Positions 40,722-49,252 of a DNA stretch of 64,000 bases are shown in pieces (within the stretch, counting starts at the first letter, position 1; every line of letters starts with the position of its first letter). The notes under the pieces are model-generated. The model worked only from the letters and a program-made list of their open reading frames with translations. It did not search any database and was not told the origin of the DNA. This DNA comes from an uncultured Eubacteriales bacterium (lineage in GTDB: Bacteria; Bacillota; Clostridia; Oscillospirales; CAG-272). The stretch is taken from positions 39,790-103,789 of the forward strand of contig CASGAQ010000002.1 of the NCBI GenBank assembly GCA_949299535.1. Direction: 5' to 3'. Both the position numbers and the translations under genes were made by a program.

Positions 40722-42407
40722 TTACTGTGATTTTTTTGTGTTTTGTGCTTCTTTCGCATCTCTGTTACGGATCTCAACATGGCGTATTTTGCCGCTGAAT
40801 GTTTGAGGAAGTTTATCGACATATGAAATGACTCGCGGAACTTTATAATCTGCCGTTTTGTTTTTTACGAAATCCTTGAGCATGTTAGTCATGGCGCGAT
40901 CGGGAGTAAATCCTTCGCGCAGAACGATGGTCGCTTTAACCACAAATCCGCGCTGTTCATCGGGTATACCCGTAACGGCACATTCCATAACAGCAGGATG
41001 CTTTATGAGTACGCTTTCGACTTCAAACGGACTTATTCTGTAACCTCTGGATTTTATAACATCATCGACTCTGCCTACGAACCAGAAATAGCCGTCTTTA
41101 TCGCGGCGGGCTATATCACCTGTGTGGTAAAGATCGCCTTCCCAAACGGAACTGCCCATATTAAATCCCTCAGCTTCGGGCACACAAAGACCGACATTGC
41201 AACGTTTTGCAGGGGGAATAACTATCTCGCCGGGTTCTTCGTCTGCACATTCTCTTCCGTTTTCGTCGACTATTATGGGGTTGTAAAGAGGAGAGGGGCG
41301 TCCCATGGCGCCGGGACAGACAGGACTGTTTACAAATTCGGCTACAAGAAGCGCGGATTCGGTCTGTCCGTATCCCGCATGTATTTCAAGTCCTGTAAGT
41401 TCGTGGAATTGTTCCACTATCTCTGCATTTATAGCTTCGCCTGCCGTTGCCGCATATTCAACTTTTGCAAATCCGTTGTCTAAAAGATGATTCTTTACAA
41501 GGAAACGGTATATTGTAGGCGGAGCGCAGAAAGTGGTTACACCGTGTTCGTTCAGTATCTTAAGTAATTTCACAGCGGAAAAAGTATCGTAGTCATATAC
41601 CATTACAGCGCTTCCGCAAAGCCATTGACCATAAATCTTTCCCCATGATGCTTTTGCCCAACCTGTGTCGGCAACGGAGAGATGTAAGCCTCTGTCGCGG
41701 ACATTCTGCCAAAGCAGTGCTGTTTGTATATGAGCAAGCGGATATGATGCGTCCTGAAGTACTATTTTAGGATTGCCTGTCGTACCCGATGTAAAATAAA
41801 GAAGGAGAGGATCTGTGCGTTTTGTTTCGCCTCTTTCGAAAGTATCGGGAAAGGAGAAGATCTCTTTATCTATTCGTACAAAACCCTCTGCATCGGCTCC
41901 GACGCAGAAAAGAGAATGTACGGACGGACTTTCCAAAGCCGCGTTCTTTACTTTACGGCATATGCTTTCTTCGCCTATGCAGACGATTGCACATGCATTC
42001 GTTTCGTGCATACGATGGATAAGGTCATCATGGTTGAGCATGAATGTTGCAGGAAGTGCGATAACTCCTATTTTGTGAAGTGCGGTAAGAATATACCAGT
42101 ATGTATAGTGACGCTTCATTATGAGCATTACTCTGTCGCCGCGGCGCACGCCTTTTGACACAAGGTAATTTGCCGCCATGGATGAAAGTTTAGACATATC
42201 CTCAAAAGAAAATTCTTTTGTGTGCTCTTCGGTCTTGGAGTACAGCACGCAGCTTTCGTCCTGTTCCCAGACCAAAGCGCGGCGGGCAGGCTCTTCTTTT
42301 GCTATTCTGTCTACGACATCAAACGCGAAATTGAAGTTTTCGGGAACGTTCAGAGAAATTGAGCCGTCATCTCTTGTTTCAAAATAATCAGTGTATATAG
42401 GCTTCAT
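40722..42407 (-). CDS. AMP-dependent acyl-CoA synthetase/ligase (ANL superfamily)
   Basis: 561 aa. AMP-binding motif LLYFTSGTTGNPK, YGQTE, YHTGD and a C-terminal SGKIRH-type lysine motif. 4-nt overlap with accA. Confidence 0.88.
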   Translation of the reverse strand: MKPIYTDYFETRDDGSISLNVPENFNFAFDVVDRIAKEEPARRALVWEQDESCVLYSKTEEHTKEFSFEDMSKLSSMAANYLVSKGVRRGDRVMLIMKRHYTYWYILTALHKIGVIALPATFMLNHDDLIHRMHETNACAIVCIGEESICRKVKNAALESPSVHSLFCVGADAEGFVRIDKEIFSFPDTFERGETKRTDPLLLYFTSGTTGNPKIVLQDASYPLAHIQTALLWQNVRDRGLHLSVADTGWAKASWGKIYGQWLCGSAVMVYDYDTFSAVKLLKILNEHGVTTFCAPPTIYRFLVKNHLLDNGFAKVEYAATAGEAINAEIVEQFHELTGLEIHAGYGQTESALLVAEFVNSPVCPGAMGRPSPLYNPIIVDENGRECADEEPGEIVIPPAKRCNVGLCVPEAEGFNMGSSVWEGDLYHTGDIARRDKDGYFWFVGRVDDVIKSRGYRISPFEVESVLIKHPAVMECAVTGIPDEQRGFVVKATIVLREGFTPDRAMTNMLKDFVKNKTADYKVPRVISYVDKLPQTFSGKIRHVEIRNRDAKEAQNTKKSQ

Positions 42408-43255
42408 TGTTTTACGCTCCCGTTTTCTTCATAAATTCCGATCTTTCTGAAACGCTCGTATCGTTCATCGAGCAAGCGCTGAGATGAGAGTCCGCACAGT
42501 GTTCTCAAATCTGAGAGTATAATGCTCTTCATCTCTTTGCACATTTTATCGAAATTATTGAAGTCTTCGGCTATGATTCTTTCCGCAACTCCGAAATCTA
42601 CCATGTCTTGTGCTGTAATGTGAAGACATTCAACAGCTTCCTCAACTCTTGAAGCGTCTTTCCATATAATGCTGGCGCAACCATCGGGCGTGATAACGGA
42701 ATATACCGCATTTTCAAGCATATAAACTCTGTCTGCCACAGCGAGCGCGAGCGCGCCGCCGCTTCCGCCTTCGCCTATTACAACAGAGATGATAGGCGTG
42801 CGTATTCCCATCATTTCAAAGAGATTTTCAGCTATCGCCTGACCTTGGCCTCTCTCTTCGCCTTCCGCGCCGGGATATGCGCCGAGAGTATCTACGATAC
42901 ATACTATCGGTCTGCCGAATTTTTCGGCTTGTTTCATAAGACGCAGAGCCTTGCGGTATCCCTCCGGCATAGGACAGCCGAAGTGTTTTTTTATCCTGTC
43001 GGCAAGGTCGTTGCCTTTATCTATTGCGATATAAGTCGCTACGGTATCTCCCAGATATCCGATGCCGCCCATAATAGCGGGGTCTTCCGCGTATCTTCGG
43101 TCGCCGCAAAGCTCTACACGATTAGTGAAAAGAGCTTTGACAAAATCGCTTCCGTGTGGTCTTTCAGGGGAGCGAGCTATCTTGAGCCTTTCATAAGGAG
43201 TTATGATACCGTTTGCTTTGTTAGCTTTGTTATTATTGTTATTATTATTGCTCAT
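42404..43255 (-). CDS. accA: acetyl-CoA carboxylase carboxyltransferase subunit alpha
   Basis: ERLKIARSPERP, DTLGAYPG and GEGGSGGALA motifs. An N-terminal poly-Asn tract is present. ATGA overlap with accD. Confidence 0.93.
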   Translation of the reverse strand: MSNNNNNNNKANKANGIITPYERLKIARSPERPHGSDFVKALFTNRVELCGDRRYAEDPAIMGGIGYLGDTVATYIAIDKGNDLADRIKKHFGCPMPEGYRKALRLMKQAEKFGRPIVCIVDTLGAYPGAEGEERGQGQAIAENLFEMMGIRTPIISVVIGEGGSGGALALAVADRVYMLENAVYSVITPDGCASIIWKDASRVEEAVECLHITAQDMVDFGVAERIIAEDFNNFDKMCKEMKSIILSDLRTLCGLSSQRLLDERYERFRKIGIYEENGSVKQ

Positions 43256-44091
43256 ACGACCTCCCTTTGGTGTTGGCAGAGCAGAAGATGGATTACGCTG
43301 CGCTGATTTTCACGAGGTAAAATCATATCCACAAAGCCGTGATCGAAAAGAAATTCAGCTGTCTGGAAGTCAGAGGGAAGTTCGCTTCCCGTTGTCTGCT
43401 CTATGACGCGCCTTCCTGCAAATCCTACGAGCGCGCCAGGCTCTGCCAAAGTAATGTCGCCTTCCATTGCAAACGAAGCCGTAACACCGCCTGTGGTGGG
43501 ATCTGTGAGCATTACCATATACAGAAGTCCCGCCTCGCTGTGTCTTTTAACGGCGCCGCTGCATTTTGCCATCTGCATAAGAGAAACTATTCCTTCCTGC
43601 ATACGCGCACCGCCTGAGCAGGTAAATCCCAAAACGGGCAGTCTCATTTTCGTGGCATATTCGAAAAGACGCGTTATCTTTTCTCCTACGGCGCTTCCCA
43701 TGCTTGCCATAATAAATCGGGAATCCATGGCGAATACCGCGCAAGGCAGACCTTCTATCTGCATAACTCCCGTTATTACGGCGCAGTTCTCACCGGTTGT
43801 TTTGCGTGCTTTTTCAAGTTTTTCCTTATAACCGGGAAAATTGAGAAAGTCCGTTGATGTAAGAGATGCATCTAATTCGGCAAAGCTGTTTGTGTCAGCT
43901 AAAAGCTGTATGCGATCTCTCGCCGGTATGCGAGCGTAAGCGCCGCATACCGGGCATATATAGGAATGAGCCAACAAAACGGAACGTTTGTGAACAGTTT
44001 TGCATATAGGACATGCTATGTCGAATTCCTCATTGGAAAACGGCTTTCCCTGTGGCAAACGGCGGAAAATGCGAGAAATCAGTTTAAACAT
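43252..44091 (-). CDS. accD: acetyl-CoA carboxylase carboxyltransferase subunit beta
   Basis: Zn-ribbon CPICKT...CPVCG, then GGARMQEG. RBS ggaggg before the ATG at 44091. Confidence 0.93.
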   Translation of the reverse strand: MFKLISRIFRRLPQGKPFSNEEFDIACPICKTVHKRSVLLAHSYICPVCGAYARIPARDRIQLLADTNSFAELDASLTSTDFLNFPGYKEKLEKARKTTGENCAVITGVMQIEGLPCAVFAMDSRFIMASMGSAVGEKITRLFEYATKMRLPVLGFTCSGGARMQEGIVSLMQMAKCSGAVKRHSEAGLLYMVMLTDPTTGGVTASFAMEGDITLAEPGALVGFAGRRVIEQTTGSELPSDFQTAEFLFDHGFVDMILPRENQRSVIHLLLCQHQREVV

Positions 44092-44093
44092 AT

Positions 44094-44522
44094 TCAACCC
44101 TCCTCGTCGGGGAATATCGCAAAGGAGAAAGAAGCGGAAACGCAAAGCTCTGTGCCTACATAGCCTTTGCCTTTTGCCCAGTAAAACGGACCTTTGCTCT
44201 TTTCTATCTCGCAGACCGTTTCAAAAACTTCGCCCGGACGTACAGAACGTTTGAAACGTACGCCGTCAAGACCTGTAAAAAGAGTCTTTATTTTTTTGCC
44301 TTCTGCTTTGTCTCCGAGCAGAACACAGGCGGACTGAGCCATTATTTCGCACTGGATAACGCCGGGAACTATCGGATCCCCGGGAAAATGCCCGCGAAGG
44401 AAAAATTCGTCGCCGCGGATGAGTTTTTTGCCATGAGCCTTTCCGTCTTCGATGTATGCTTCGTCAAGAAGAAGCATATCGTCTCTGTGCGGAAGAAGGT
44501 TTTTCAGTTCTTCTCTTGTCAT
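44094..44522 (-). CDS. fabZ: 3-hydroxyacyl-ACP dehydratase
   Basis: LPHRDDMLLLD and GHFPGDPIVPGV motifs. Confidence 0.95.
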   Translation of the reverse strand: MTREELKNLLPHRDDMLLLDEAYIEDGKAHGKKLIRGDEFFLRGHFPGDPIVPGVIQCEIMAQSACVLLGDKAEGKKIKTLFTGLDGVRFKRSVRPGEVFETVCEIEKSKGPFYWAKGKGYVGTELCVSASFSFAIFPDEEG

Positions 44523-45751
44523 GCTTTCACCTTCTTAAGAACAAGGCAAGCGTTGTGACCGCCGAAACCGAGAGATGTGGAAACGGCTGTATCTATCTGA
44601 GCGTTGACCGCCTTGTTGGGAGTGTAGTCGAGATCAAGTTCGGGGTCGGGGGAGAGGAGGTTTATTGTAGGAGGAACGACATTTTCGTTGAGCGCAAGTA
44701 CACAGGCAAGAGCTTCTGCCGCGCCTGCCGCACCGAGCATATGCCCCGTCATTGATTTTGTGGAGCTTACATGAATTTTGCTTGCGTCTTCGCCGAAGAA
44801 AGTCTTGAATGCGAGAGTTTCAGTCTTATCGTTGAGTTTTGTACCCGTACCGTGAGCGTTCACATATGTTGTTGCGGGATCGTATTCAACGCCTTCCATA
44901 GCCTGAGCGATGGCTCTCGTAGTCTGCTTTGCGGAAGGATCGGGGGCAGTTACATGGTGAGCGTCGCATGTCGCACCGTAACCGCATACTTCGGCGTATA
45001 TTTTTGCGCCGCGCGCTACTGCGTGTTCATATTCTTCGAGAATGAGTATAGCTGCGCCTTCGCCGAGTACGAAGCCGGCGCGTCTTGAATCGAAGGGAAG
45101 AGAAGCTTCGTTGGGATCGTTAGCCTGAGAAAGCGCCATGCAGTTTACAAATCCTGCAACTGCAAGAGAGTTTACGGAAGCTTCCGTACCGCCGCATATA
45201 GCCGCGCTCATATATCCGTCGCGGATTGCGCGGTATGCTTCGCCGATAGCCGTGGTGCCTGTCGCACAAGCAGTTGCAACGCACAAAGCGGGACCGTGAG
45301 CGCCGAAACGTATTGCAATCTGACCTGCGGCGATATTGATTATCATTTTTGCGATAAAGTGAGGGCTTACGCCTTTTGCACCGATTTTCGCCATTTTTGC
45401 TTCTTCGTCGCAGAGAGTATTGATGCCGCCTACGCCGGAACCGACATAAACACCGAATTCATCTGCATCAATATTTCCCAAAATCCCGCTGTCATCAACA
45501 GCTTCTTTTGCGGCGCATACTGCGTATTGAACATAGAGGTCGGTTTTGCCTCTGGAGAGTTTGTCGAAGCAAGCAGAAGGATCGAAGTTTTTGACCTCGG
45601 CTGCAACCTTGCATTTGCTGTCTGTCACATCGAAGCGCGAAATGAAATCAACGCCGCATTTGCCCGCTTTAAGGGCTTCAAAATATTCGGGTACGCTGTT
45701 ACCGATAGGCGTTATAGCGCCGATACCGGTTATAACTACTCTTTTTTTCAT
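44519..45751 (-). CDS. fabF: beta-ketoacyl-ACP synthase II
   Basis: MKKRVVITGIGAITPIGN start, active-site ATACATG, and HGTGT and GHMLGAAG motifs. The ATG at 45751 has RBS aaggaa. Confidence 0.95.
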   Translation of the reverse strand: MKKRVVITGIGAITPIGNSVPEYFEALKAGKCGVDFISRFDVTDSKCKVAAEVKNFDPSACFDKLSRGKTDLYVQYAVCAAKEAVDDSGILGNIDADEFGVYVGSGVGGINTLCDEEAKMAKIGAKGVSPHFIAKMIINIAAGQIAIRFGAHGPALCVATACATGTTAIGEAYRAIRDGYMSAAICGGTEASVNSLAVAGFVNCMALSQANDPNEASLPFDSRRAGFVLGEGAAILILEEYEHAVARGAKIYAEVCGYGATCDAHHVTAPDPSAKQTTRAIAQAMEGVEYDPATTYVNAHGTGTKLNDKTETLAFKTFFGEDASKIHVSSTKSMTGHMLGAAGAAEALACVLALNENVVPPTINLLSPDPELDLDYTPNKAVNAQIDTAVSTSLGFGGHNACLVLKKVKA

Positions 45752-45916
45752 GGGAATTTTTCCTTTCTTGAGTCTTGCATTTAAAGCGAAAACTTTGTAA
45801 ACAGATGGATAAAAGCATACGCTCTGTTGAATCCGCTCTGGAAAAGAGCGCTCGGAAAAACCGAAAGTTCGCACAGAGCGTATGAATCATTTCAATAAAT
45901 ATTAAATATTAAATTT

Positions 45917-46654
45917 TTACATGGCCAGACCGCCGTCTATCCTGATAACTTCGCCTGTTATATAATCTGCGGCAGGGGAAGCAAGGAAAGCGACAAGACC
46001 AGCTATTTCTTCCGGTTTAGCAAAACGGCGTAGCGGAATGCTGTCGGCAAGCGTCTTACCGCCGTCGGGCAGATTTTTTGTCATGTCTGTCTCGACAAAA
46101 CCGGGAGCGACTGCATTACATGTTATATTGCGTGAAGCGAGTTCGCGGGCAAGGCTTTTCGTCATGCCGATAAGACCTGCTTTGGATGCTGAATAGTTTA
46201 CCTGTCCCGCATTTCCGATTATACCGGAAATGGAAGATATGTTTATGATCTTACCGCTGTGTTTTTTAAGCATAACGGGAATAACTTCCTTCGAAGTGCG
46301 GAAAGCACCGGAAAGATTTACATCGAGAACTTTTTCAAAATCGTCTTCGCTCATCATCATAGCAAGCTTATCTTTTGTGATACCTGCATTGTTGACAAGG
46401 ATATCAATTGTGCCGAAATCCGCGAGGATGGCTTTGAATGTTTCCTTTACGCTTGCTCCGTCTGTAACGTCGCAACGATAAGCGCGGACTTTTACCCCTT
46501 TGGATTCAATAGCGGAGGCTGTTTCGCGCGCGGCGTTTTCGTCGCACATATCTATGATTGCAATGTCTGCACCGTATTCGGCGAGCTTTTCACATATAGC
46601 TCTGCCTATACCGCGCTGACCGCCTGTTACGGCGGCAACTTTTCCTTTAAGCAT
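45917..46654 (-). CDS. fabG: 3-oxoacyl-ACP reductase
   Basis: VTGGQRGIG, NNAG and YSASKAG SDR motifs. RBS aagagg before the ATG at 46654. Confidence 0.95.
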   Translation of the reverse strand: MLKGKVAAVTGGQRGIGRAICEKLAEYGADIAIIDMCDENAARETASAIESKGVKVRAYRCDVTDGASVKETFKAILADFGTIDILVNNAGITKDKLAMMMSEDDFEKVLDVNLSGAFRTSKEVIPVMLKKHSGKIINISSISGIIGNAGQVNYSASKAGLIGMTKSLARELASRNITCNAVAPGFVETDMTKNLPDGGKTLADSIPLRRFAKPEEIAGLVAFLASPAADYITGEVIRIDGGLAM

Positions 46655-47567
46655 TTTGCAGCACCTCTTTTGCGATTTTTTCACAAGCTTCCATGCTGTC
46701 CGCCGTATATACGCGTGCGCCGGGAAGTATCTTTGTGATAAGTTTTGTCAGAACGTTTCCGACACCTGTTTCGATAAATATGTCAAAACCGTCTGCCGCC
46801 ATCTGTTTGATGGTATTTTCCCAAAGTACGGGGTGATTCATCTGTTCGCGGAGAACGGAAACGATATCTTCACCGTACTGCTTGCCGGTGCGGTTTGCAT
46901 AAATTGCGACCGTCGGAGCGGAAAATGTTGTGTTTTCAAGCACAGAAGCGAATTTTTTCGCCGCTTCATCCATGAATGGGGAGTGGAAACCGCCGGAAAC
47001 TTTCAGCGGCAGAGCCATACCGCCGCGTTCTTTTATCTTTGCGGAAAATTCTGTGATCTGATCTTTCTCACCTGAAACGACGAGCTGACCGTGGCAGTTG
47101 TAGTTTACGGGATATACGGCAGTAAATTCACGGCAAACTTCTTCAACGACTTCGTTGTCAAGTTTTACTGCCGCCACCATAGCCGCATTCTGCGTGCTTG
47201 CCGCTTCTCCCATTATCTCGCCGCGGCGAACCGTAAGTTCAAAGCCGTCGATAGGAGAAAGCGCGCCGGAAAAAGCAAGCGCCGGCATTTCGCCAAGGGA
47301 AAAACCTGCTACACCTTCTGCACATACGCCCATTTCTTTGAGGACGATTGCCGGGGCAAGGTCTGCAAGATAGAGACAGGGCTGAGTGTTTTCGGTTTTG
47401 CGAAGTTCTGCTTCATCGCCTTCAAACATCTGAGCGAGTGTTCCTGCTCGTTTTGCTTCCGCTGCGTCGAAAAGCGCGCGGACGGAAGCGTTTCCTTCAT
47501 AAAAATCTTTTCCCATGCCTACGTGCTGTGCGCCTTGACCTGAGAAAACGAATGTTATCTTACCCAT
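46647..47567 (-). CDS. fabD: malonyl CoA-ACP transacylase
   Basis: FVFSGQGAQ and GFSLGE motifs. Confidence 0.95.
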   Translation of the reverse strand: MGKITFVFSGQGAQHVGMGKDFYEGNASVRALFDAAEAKRAGTLAQMFEGDEAELRKTENTQPCLYLADLAPAIVLKEMGVCAEGVAGFSLGEMPALAFSGALSPIDGFELTVRRGEIMGEAASTQNAAMVAAVKLDNEVVEEVCREFTAVYPVNYNCHGQLVVSGEKDQITEFSAKIKERGGMALPLKVSGGFHSPFMDEAAKKFASVLENTTFSAPTVAIYANRTGKQYGEDIVSVLREQMNHPVLWENTIKQMAADGFDIFIETGVGNVLTKLITKILPGARVYTADSMEACEKIAKEVLQNA

Positions 47568-48505
47568 GTTTGGCTCCTTTTGAGGATAGTTTCACAATCT
47601 TCGCAAACTTCTTTGACTATCTGTTCGGCTGTCATTTCTTCTTTTACCATGCCTGATATTTGACCGGCAAGGAAACAACCGAGCTTTGTATCGCCTTCTA
47701 CGGCAGCTTTGCGGAGAGCGCCCGTACCGAGACTTGCAACATCTTCAGCTGTCGTTTCGGGCAGATATTCTACGCGAAGAAATTCACGGCTGAAAGGATT
47801 CTTTATGCAACGGCAAGTGTTTCCGCCGAATCTGCGTCCCGTTGTGACGGTTGAAATATCCGTCGCGCGAAGAACCATATCTTTATAATTCCGGTGTACG
47901 CCGCATTCCTTTGCCACAAGGAAACGCGTACCCATCTGTACGCCGCATGCACCGAGCATGAAAGATGCAGCCATGCCGCGTCCGTCGGCGATACCGCCTG
48001 CTGCAAGTACGGGAACGCTTACTGCATCGCATACCTGAGGAACGAGCGTCATCGTTGTAAGCTCGCCGATATGACCGCCGCTTTCCTGACCTTCTGCGAT
48101 AAGAGCGTCAGCGCCTGCGCGTTCCGCCATCTTTGCGGAAGCAACAGAAGCTACTACCGGGATAACTTTTATTCCCGCAGCTTTCCATGCGGGCATATAT
48201 TTTGCGGGAGAACCCGCGCCCGTCGTAACAACGGGAACTTTTTCTTCTATAACGGCTTGTGCAACCTCGTCGGCGTGCGGACTCATAAGCATTATGTTCA
48301 CGCCAAAAGGCTTATCTGTAAGTGAGCGCGCTGTTTTTATCTGCTCTCGAAGATATCCCGCCTCTGCATTCATCGCGGAGATGATGCCAAGACCGCCGGC
48401 GTTGGATACCGCGGCGGCAAGTTTGCCGTCGGATATCCATGCCATGCCGCCCTGAAAAACGGGGTAGCTTATGCCGAGCATTTCACATATAGGAGATTTC
48501 AGCAT
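47555..48505 (-). CDS. fabK: enoyl-ACP reductase II (FMN-dependent, FabK type)
   Basis: ISYPVFQGGMAWIS N-terminus, nitronate monooxygenase fold, located within the fab operon. Confidence 0.9.
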   Translation of the reverse strand: MLKSPICEMLGISYPVFQGGMAWISDGKLAAAVSNAGGLGIISAMNAEAGYLREQIKTARSLTDKPFGVNIMLMSPHADEVAQAVIEEKVPVVTTGAGSPAKYMPAWKAAGIKVIPVVASVASAKMAERAGADALIAEGQESGGHIGELTTMTLVPQVCDAVSVPVLAAGGIADGRGMAASFMLGACGVQMGTRFLVAKECGVHRNYKDMVLRATDISTVTTGRRFGGNTCRCIKNPFSREFLRVEYLPETTAEDVASLGTGALRKAAVEGDTKLGCFLAGQISGMVKEEMTAEQIVKEVCEDCETILKRSQTWVR

Positions 48506-48508
48506 AAC

Positions 48509-48730
48509 TTATTTCTGGAGCTCTTCGATTTTTGCAACGATAGCGCCGACAGTCGTAAGGGAAGCGTCTGCTTCAACGGTAACGCCGAATTCCGCTTCAA
48601 TGTTCATAAGCATTTCAGCAATGTCAAGAGAGTCGAGTCCGAGTTCTGTGAAGTTGGATTCCGCTGTGATCTCATCTGCGGAAATTCCGAGCTTATCTGC
48701 CAACATTTCTTTGATTTTTTCGAGTACCAT
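48509..48730 (-). CDS. acpP: acyl carrier protein
   Basis: 73 aa. LGLDSLD phosphopantetheine attachment motif. RBS aaggag. Confidence 0.96.
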   Translation of the reverse strand: MVLEKIKEMLADKLGISADEITAESNFTELGLDSLDIAEMLMNIEAEFGVTVEADASLTTVGAIVAKIEELQK

Positions 48731-48879
48731 AATAATTTCTCCTTAAAAATAAAATTAGTTATTGTTTTGAGAGATAATTTTGTGATTATAATACGATGGT
48801 TTGTTTTGCGCTCAAAGCTATCTCTGCTTTCTGATTCGAAGTTGACACGTCAACATCAAAGCCATAATAAAGCGGCTTC

Positions 48880-48908
48880 ATTATAGCAAAAAGTTGTTGA
48901 CGTGTCAA
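48880..48908 (-). promoter_or_regulatory. consensus sigma-A promoter of the acpP-fab-acc operon
   Basis: Minus strand: TTGACA, 17 nt, TATAAT. Confidence 0.75.
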
Positions 48909-49045
48909 TACCCTTTTTGAATTTTAGGTGCTTTAGGACCGCGTTGAAAAGGGAAAATAAAAAAACAAAGCATTATGCACGATAAAAATAGCATAATACT
49001 TTGGTTCCGATAATGAAAATCATACATTTCAAAAAAGCAAAAAGA

Positions 49046-49075
49046 AAACCCCTTTGAATACTCGAAGGGGTTTTT
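49046..49075. terminator. terminator downstream of tRNA-Ser
   Basis: aaaacccctt/aaggggtttt stem with a 10-nt loop. Confidence 0.8.
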
Positions 49076-49076
49076 A

Positions 49077-49168
49077 TGGCGGAGAGAATGAGATTCGAAC
49101 TCATGGACCGGTATTAGCGGTCACACGATTTCCAGTCGTGCGCCTTAGACCAACTCAGCCATCTCTCC
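49077..49168 (-). tRNA. tRNA-Ser (anticodon GGA), class II with long variable arm, CCA encoded
   Basis: Minus strand: GGAGAGA acceptor stem, anticodon stem-loop cacga-CTGGAAA-tcgtg, long variable arm gaccgctaataccggtc, T-loop TTCGAAT, and 3' GCCA. Confidence 0.95.
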
Positions 49169-49181
49169 ATCGGACTTGTCT

Positions 49182-49210
49182 ATCATAACACAATAAACTC
49201 AAAATGTCAA
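49182..49210 (-). promoter_or_regulatory. sigma-A promoter of tRNA-Ser
   Basis: Minus strand: TTGACA, 17 nt, TATGAT, ending 13 nt upstream of the mature tRNA 5' end. Confidence 0.75.
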
Positions 49211-49252
49211 TACCTTTTTTAAAAAAATCAAAAAAATGTTTCGGCGCATTTG

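Noticed and set aside
43208-43252. Poly-Asn tract (N7 plus KANKAN) at the AccA N-terminus as a possible slippage-induced frameshift site or misassembly
   Set aside because: The reading frame is intact on both sides, the accD/accA ATGA overlap is preserved, and the tract lies before the conserved AccA core. I treat it as a benign low-complexity N-terminus.
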